From positions 934,884-998,883 of the forward strand of contig OZ241916.1 in NCBI GenBank assembly GCA_965203865.1: a stretch of 64,000 bases of DNA, in the 5' to 3' direction. Shown here one piece after another: positions 58,914 through 64,000 of this stretch. Made by a program: the position numbers and the translations under genes. Position 1 is the stretch's first letter. Every line of letters begins with the position of its first letter. This DNA comes from Arenicellales bacterium (GTDB taxonomy: Bacteria; Pseudomonadota; Gammaproteobacteria; Arenicellales; JAJDZL01). The notes beneath the pieces are model-generated. The model did no database searches. It saw nothing but the letters and a program-made list of their open reading frames with translations, and had not been told where the DNA came from.

Positions 58914-60737
58914 TTACGAGAGTCCCAAACGCTCAAGTGTTTCGTTAGTGGGAACCCCCTCTTCTGTCCAACCGCGAAGCTCATAATACTCTGGCAGCAT
59001 TTTGTTCAGTTCGTTTACCTTGCCTTTCGCCATTCCTGATTTGGCAGGTTCATTCAGCAACCTCGGTGGTAGTGAATCATCCTTACTGGTCAATCCTGCG
59101 GCGAGATTAAACTGTCGTTCAAGATTCCAGATCCGCTCGCCTGTTTCATACAGGCGTTCCACTGTCCAGTCGCCTTCGCAGGCAGCATCAATCTGCTGCT
59201 GAAAATCTGTAATCTTCCATCCCGACAGTGTGAACCAGCACAGTCCAGTGGAATCAATTAAAGAAATCTTGTCCTGAGATTTCTTGCACGGCAATGCCTT
59301 CCCGCCTCCGGTCTGATCTTCCATGTCGGGGCCAAATACATCATGCTTCATATGGCATGCGCCTCGACTGCTAGTTGCATAGCCAAGTCCCATACCTTGC
59401 AATGCTCGAGAATCATATCCGGCAAATTCCTGTCCTTTTACTGTCATTGAAAGCTCTGGATGTCCGTATTTCTCACACAGTCGCTTGGACCCCAATCCAA
59501 GAACCTTTCCAAATCCTTCATATTTCCCTGTTTTTTCTGCCATCACTGTAAGTGCTTCGGCATTTCCAAAATTCAATGGGATTCCGTCTGTATCCTTATC
59601 GGTAATTACTCCCATTTCATACAGTTCCATTGCGGCTGCGAGTGTACCGCCAAAAGAGATTGGGTCCATTCCGTGTTCGTTCATTAAAAATCCGGCGAAG
59701 GTCAGTGCATCAATATCATCAATACCGCAATCAGGTCCGAACGCAAATGCTGTTTCGTATTCCAGTCCGCCGCTTGCATGCCAGTATTCTGGACGATTTT
59801 TTATAGTAAAGTGGTCTTTGTCAATATGCGAAATGCGACCGCACGCTATGGTGCATCCAAAACAGGCTTTATTGGTTAGCAGGTTGCGATGCCCATTTTC
59901 ACGAACTGCCGTCATTGCTTTCGGATTGATATTGTCAACACCCTCAAATTGAACTTCCTTGAAATTTCGGGTGGGCAGTCCTCCAAACTCCTGCATGGCA
60001 TCAATCATCGCATTGGTCCCATACTCCGTTAGTTCACCAACATCTGTACTCGCTGCCAACTTTGCCTTGGTTTCCTTGACGACTCCCATAAACCGCTTCG
60101 GATTGTCCACTTTTACCCCAACTGTACCCCGAACAGCAATCGCCTTAAGATTTTTCGAGCCCATTACAGCTCCCACACCTGAGCGTCCTGCTGCCCGGTG
60201 CAAGTCATTAACAACACAGGCAAAGCGTACGCAATTTTCACCAGCTACCCCGATTGAAGCCACTTTGATCAACGGATCCTGATGTTCAGATTTGATCCAA
60301 TCCTCTGTTTCCCACACGGATTTGCCCCAAATGGGGTCTGCTGGAATAATGTCGACTTGATCATCAACAATATGCAAATAAACCGGATGAGGTGCTTTCC
60401 CTTCAAGAAGTAGCAAATCGTAGCCTGCAAATTTAAGTTCGGCGCCAAACTTCCCTCCAGAGTTTGAGCATGCCACTGCATTTGTAAGTGCGCCTTTCGT
60501 GATTACAGCATACCTGCCGGATGTGGATGCCATAGTTCCTGTAAGAGGGCCGGTTGCAAAAATGAGAACATTTCCGGGATCCAATGCATCTACCGATGGG
60601 TCCATGTTTTCATAAAGATACTTTGTACCCAGTCCTCGCTCACCCAGGTACTGCTGTGCCCACTCCATATTAAGCGGTTCAATTTCGGATGTTTGATTCG
60701 TGAGATTCACTCGCAAAATATTTCTTTGCCATCCCAT
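58914..60737 (-). CDS. tungsten/molybdopterin aldehyde:ferredoxin oxidoreductase (AOR family)
   Basis: 607 aa. The N-terminal ILRVNLT..EWAQQYLGERGLG is AOR-like, and CFGCTIACGR is a cluster-binding cysteine motif. Confidence 0.85.
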   Translation of the reverse strand: MGWQRNILRVNLTNQTSEIEPLNMEWAQQYLGERGLGTKYLYENMDPSVDALDPGNVLIFATGPLTGTMASTSGRYAVITKGALTNAVACSNSGGKFGAELKFAGYDLLLLEGKAPHPVYLHIVDDQVDIIPADPIWGKSVWETEDWIKSEHQDPLIKVASIGVAGENCVRFACVVNDLHRAAGRSGVGAVMGSKNLKAIAVRGTVGVKVDNPKRFMGVVKETKAKLAASTDVGELTEYGTNAMIDAMQEFGGLPTRNFKEVQFEGVDNINPKAMTAVRENGHRNLLTNKACFGCTIACGRISHIDKDHFTIKNRPEYWHASGGLEYETAFAFGPDCGIDDIDALTFAGFLMNEHGMDPISFGGTLAAAMELYEMGVITDKDTDGIPLNFGNAEALTVMAEKTGKYEGFGKVLGLGSKRLCEKYGHPELSMTVKGQEFAGYDSRALQGMGLGYATSSRGACHMKHDVFGPDMEDQTGGGKALPCKKSQDKISLIDSTGLCWFTLSGWKITDFQQQIDAACEGDWTVERLYETGERIWNLERQFNLAAGLTSKDDSLPPRLLNEPAKSGMAKGKVNELNKMLPEYYELRGWTEEGVPTNETLERLGLS

Positions 60738-60764
60738 AGTTACTGCACCTCTCGCTTTGATTAA

Positions 60765-61403
60765 TTATTTTGCATCCGGTTGATATTCCGGCCTTGCATT
60801 TTCAAACGCTTCCAGTTCATTGCATCTTGCATCGATTTCAACCAATTTCGGATACGCTGATAAATCGCAATTGAACCGTCTGGCATTGGCAACTTGCGGA
60901 ACCAAACAGACATCAGCAATCGTCGGTGTATCGCCATAGCAGTACTTGCCGGTTCGACCATCTGATGCAAGCCTTGATTCCAATGCTCCTAATTCTACGG
61001 AAATCCAATACTGGTACCAATCGTTCCGCTGGTCATTGTCAATGGTCAAATTATAGTCCAAGTAATTCAATACTCTTAAATTGTTCAACGGATGAATGTC
61101 GCAGGCAATTGATAATGCAATTGCCCGGACGTATGCCCGGGCTGGTTCTGTTTCAGGAAGAAGCGACGGTTCGGGATACTTGTCTTCCAGAAATTCCAAT
61201 ATCGCAAGAGACTGAGTTAAAACGGTATCACCAATTTTCAGTACCGGTATCAAGCCTTGCGGATTCATATCCATAAATTCTTCATTTCGCTGCTCTTGCT
61301 CTCGAAGATTGATCGAAATATTTTCATATTCAATTCCCTTCAAGTTGAGCCCAATTCTTACCCGATAGGCAGCAGAACTGCGAAAATAGCCGTACAGTTT
61401 CAT
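60765..61403 (-). CDS. maiA: zeta-class glutathione S-transferase (maleylacetoacetate/maleylpyruvate isomerase)
   Basis: MKLYGYFRSSAAYRVRIGLNLKGIEYE..NPQGLIPVL..QSLAILEFLEDKYPEPSLLP. Confidence 0.8.
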   Translation of the reverse strand: MKLYGYFRSSAAYRVRIGLNLKGIEYENISINLREQEQRNEEFMDMNPQGLIPVLKIGDTVLTQSLAILEFLEDKYPEPSLLPETEPARAYVRAIALSIACDIHPLNNLRVLNYLDYNLTIDNDQRNDWYQYWISVELGALESRLASDGRTGKYCYGDTPTIADVCLVPQVANARRFNCDLSAYPKLVEIDARCNELEAFENARPEYQPDAK

Positions 61404-61404
61404 C

Positions 61405-61827
61405 TCAATTCGTTGTTTTGACCAGGTAATTCAGAAAGTCGCCAGGCAGTTCCATTATTTGAATTGCTTTATTCTCGTTTTCGCCAGTTTTTGCCCAGAA
61501 TCTCACTTCGTATCCAAGAACGCAGTCTCTACCGGAAACTGCAAGTTTGTGTCGTACAGTAAATGTTTTCTTTGACCACGCGTCAACTTTACTTGCAACG
61601 GTTACAATTTCCCCCCAACGCATTGGATGCTTATACTCGGCATGGGTTTCAATCAGCGGAAAACCGACAATGTTCAACTCTGTAATCATTTTAGCCTGTC
61701 CAAAACCATTTGCTTCCATCATATCTTGAGTGCTCAAGTCGAACCAGCGATAAATATTGGGATAGAACACAATGCCTGCCGGGTCACATTCGCCCCATTC
61801 AACTTTGTGATGCAATTCATGCTTCAT
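61405..61827 (-). CDS. hotdog-fold acyl-CoA thioesterase (4HBT/YbgC-like)
   Basis: 140 aa with VEWGECDPAGIVFYPNIYRWFD. It lies 1 nt from maiA and overlaps the ligase gene by 11 nt. Confidence 0.75.
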   Translation of the reverse strand: MKHELHHKVEWGECDPAGIVFYPNIYRWFDLSTQDMMEANGFGQAKMITELNIVGFPLIETHAEYKHPMRWGEIVTVASKVDAWSKKTFTVRHKLAVSGRDCVLGYEVRFWAKTGENENKAIQIMELPGDFLNYLVKTTN

Positions 61828-63355
61828 CGCGAAATGTTCCTGTAACTATTTGTTGCAATTCGTGCCGCCGAATTTTACCAGTGGCAGTACGCGGCATGGA
61901 ATCAATAATACGAATCCAGCCCGGCACCTGCAATTTGGAAAGTCGGCTAGCAATGAATTTTCTCATGGAGACCCCGGCATGTTCAAGATCTGTGTTGGCA
62001 ACCGGTGTAAAAAACAGTGCTGGACGAACAGTTTCGCCGGCATCTGCGGCACTTACAACTGCAACTTCTTCGGCCAGCGCAAACTCTGTTGCAACTTTTT
62101 CAATCTCTCGCAAGTGTACCCACTGACCTGACATCTTGATGAGTTCATCCTCCCGTCCCAAGTGATACCAGCATCCATGTTCATCTTGACGAAAAATGTC
62201 ACCGGTAACGAAGTATCCGTCTTGAAGTCGCTTCCTTGATTCGTCAGCTTGATTTTCGTAGTGGAGAAACGTGTATGGATGCCGTACTCGAAGAATACCA
62301 TCCTTGCCAGAATCCGGACCAAGCTCCTCATCCCCCCGATACAATTTCGCTACAGTACTCGGCAAGAGCCTTCCAACAGAGTTGGGGGGATAATCTGGCA
62401 ATGCTCCTACGAAGCACAAGAACAAAGTTTCAGAGCAACCGTATACATTCACAATATTTTTGCCGGTTTTTTCAAGCCATTGTGATTGAATTTCCTGGGG
62501 CAAATGCTCGCCGGCGGAAACAAAGTGTTCAATCTTTGAAAAAGATTGCAAAGCCCTGTCGTCGAAATCCCGAAGCAGGTTTCGATAAACCGTAGGGACC
62601 GCGAAAAACGCCTTGAGATTTTCTCTTTCGATGACCGAGTTAGCTGTTTCGGGCGTGATCCAGTTGAGATGCAAATATACGCTGGCACCAAGATACAAGG
62701 GTGCCAGTAATCCGTTCGCCAGTGCATAGGCAAATGTCAACTTGGAAGTACAGAAGATTTCATCGCCGGGACTCAAGCCCAGCACTTCACTATGAAAATA
62801 ACAGCACTGTTCCAACTCTTTATGTGTGTGAACAATCCCTTTGGGATGGTTTGTAGAACCGGATGAAAATACCCAGAGTGCTTCGTCTGTTGAATTCCGA
62901 TTGATAGCGAAATCAATTTCCTGAATGTGCCTTTGCTCAATCGGTTGAAAAATTCTTTCAATCGGGTACAGTTGAATGTCCGCGTTGCTTAGCGAAATAC
63001 CCGCTTTACAGGTTTCTGAATTCGCAGAATCACAAATCAGTGTCCTTGTTTTGCTGGTTTTCAGTACATGCTCAATATCTGAAGCTTCGTATCGGGTGGA
63101 GACAGCAATAGCTACTGCACCGATATTCAAAACTGCCAAGTATGCAGCGACAAACTGAGGCGTGTCCAAGCAGCACAATACTACCCGGTGATTTGGACGA
63201 ATTTTTGCATCGTGCATGTATTTACTTGCGCAGCAGATCTGAAAAAAAAGTTCTGCATAGGTCCAAATTCCTTCTTCCCATCGTAAAGCCGGCAAGTCTT
63301 GAAATCGGTTTAAGCGATCAGAACTGAATATTTGCTTGACTATGTTCATCGGCAT
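61817..63355 (-). CDS. AMP-dependent aryl/acyl-CoA ligase (benzoate-CoA ligase-like)
   Basis: 512 aa with the FSSGSTNHPKGIVHTH AMP-binding motif and the C-terminal GKIRR. Confidence 0.8.
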   Translation of the reverse strand: MPMNIVKQIFSSDRLNRFQDLPALRWEEGIWTYAELFFQICCASKYMHDAKIRPNHRVVLCCLDTPQFVAAYLAVLNIGAVAIAVSTRYEASDIEHVLKTSKTRTLICDSANSETCKAGISLSNADIQLYPIERIFQPIEQRHIQEIDFAINRNSTDEALWVFSSGSTNHPKGIVHTHKELEQCCYFHSEVLGLSPGDEIFCTSKLTFAYALANGLLAPLYLGASVYLHLNWITPETANSVIERENLKAFFAVPTVYRNLLRDFDDRALQSFSKIEHFVSAGEHLPQEIQSQWLEKTGKNIVNVYGCSETLFLCFVGALPDYPPNSVGRLLPSTVAKLYRGDEELGPDSGKDGILRVRHPYTFLHYENQADESRKRLQDGYFVTGDIFRQDEHGCWYHLGREDELIKMSGQWVHLREIEKVATEFALAEEVAVVSAADAGETVRPALFFTPVANTDLEHAGVSMRKFIASRLSKLQVPGWIRIIDSMPRTATGKIRRHELQQIVTGTFRDEA

Positions 63356-63610
63356 TCAAAGCGATAACTACTCCTCCAAATCGTTCTTTAATAACTGGTG
63401 CGCAACCCCAAAATGCTTCGGCTACTTATACGTCGGATTTTGGACTTGCTAATTCTACTATCATTTACTTTTGAGGGTACATACCAGTATGCAGTTCCCC
63501 CGATGACCGTATTAAAACAAATCAACTCAATTGTTCTGGTCAAGTTCTTTTTCTACAAAAAACAGCAATCGGATGGCATTTTTTGGCGAGGGGATTTGAG
63601 CGGTGAATTT

Positions 63611-64000
63611 CTATGCAGATTGCTGAGCAATGCTTGAAGCCGCAAGTTTTATTTCATTCCATGCTGCCTCAACATGTACTTTTTCTGTCCAGATGGCTCC
63701 AATAGAAAAACGAATTACGTATGTATCGTTCAATACTGCATGGGTCAAAAATAATTTACCCGATTCATTCAAACTTTCAAGAATAGTCCGGGTTGCTTTA
63801 TTGCCGTCTTTGTGATGAAACAGTACCAAGTTCAGTATTGGCGGCTGAAACAACTCAAATTCGTTATCAGTTTCAATCCAGTTGGCAAATTCAATCGCCA
63901 ACTGGCAGTGCATTCGAATATGTACGCGAAGTCCCTCAACTCCGTAGTGCCGAATCACAAACCATAACTTCAGAGAGCGGAATCTGCGTCCCAGCGATAT
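63611..64000 (-). CDS. pyridoxal-dependent aromatic-L-amino-acid decarboxylase family, C-terminal part (runs off the window)
   Basis: The C-terminal ~115 aa align by eye with the DDC/AADC C-terminus (HIRMHCQLAIEF..LFLTHAVLNDTYVIRFSIG). The frame is open to the window edge. Confidence 0.7.
   Translation of the reverse strand: MSLGRRFRSLKLWFVIRHYGVEGLRVHIRMHCQLAIEFANWIETDNEFELFQPPILNLVLFHHKDGNKATRTILESLNESGKLFLTHAVLNDTYVIRFSIGAIWTEKVHVEAAWNEIKLAASSIAQQSA

Overview
This 64-kb chromosomal segment has gammaproteobacterial-type housekeeping synteny. The core genes are lipA-gcvH, nadA, hemH, tRNA-Leu, tig-clpP-clpX-lon-hupB-tRNA-Val-tRNA-Asp-ppiD, leuA, a family-4 UDG, and mltD next to rnhA-dnaQ. 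It also carries an aapJQMP-type amino-acid ABC operon and a 10-gene Mrp-type cation/proton antiporter cluster. Five accessory patches interrupt this backbone. (i) 0.5-9.9 kb is a defence-island-like block: VapC with an atypical long AbrB-type antitoxin, a DUF4143-type AAA ATPase, a CRISPR-like mini repeat, a DEDD exonuclease-BRCT gene with an unknown ORF, and a 1056-aa helicase/nuclease-like ORF separated from a 68-aa ORF by one in-frame TAA. (ii) 17.1-18.4 kb is a visibly G+C-richer solo TnpB element with 13-bp terminal inverted repeats and one in-frame TGA. (iii) 22.4-23.9 kb holds an orphan N6-adenine DNA methyltransferase beside tRNA-Leu. (iv) 50-58 kb is a G+C-rich block with a 1990-aa ORF (11 tandem Calx-beta-like repeats plus an autotransporter-like C-terminal barrel) and an IS256-family element. 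(v) 58.7-63.4 kb is a tightly packed minus-strand gene set: CoA ligase, thioesterase, GST-zeta, tungsten-type aldehyde:ferredoxin oxidoreductase and MoaD. The best candidate for something new is the 5' end of the giant ORF. Its only ATG/RBS and its signal-peptide-like segment are out of frame with each other across a G12 tract, and losing one G would join them. A second G11 tract lies about 130 nt upstream of that ATG. Together these look like a slipped-strand phase-variation switch, or a homopolymer sequencing error. All functional calls come from motif recognition by eye; no database search was run.
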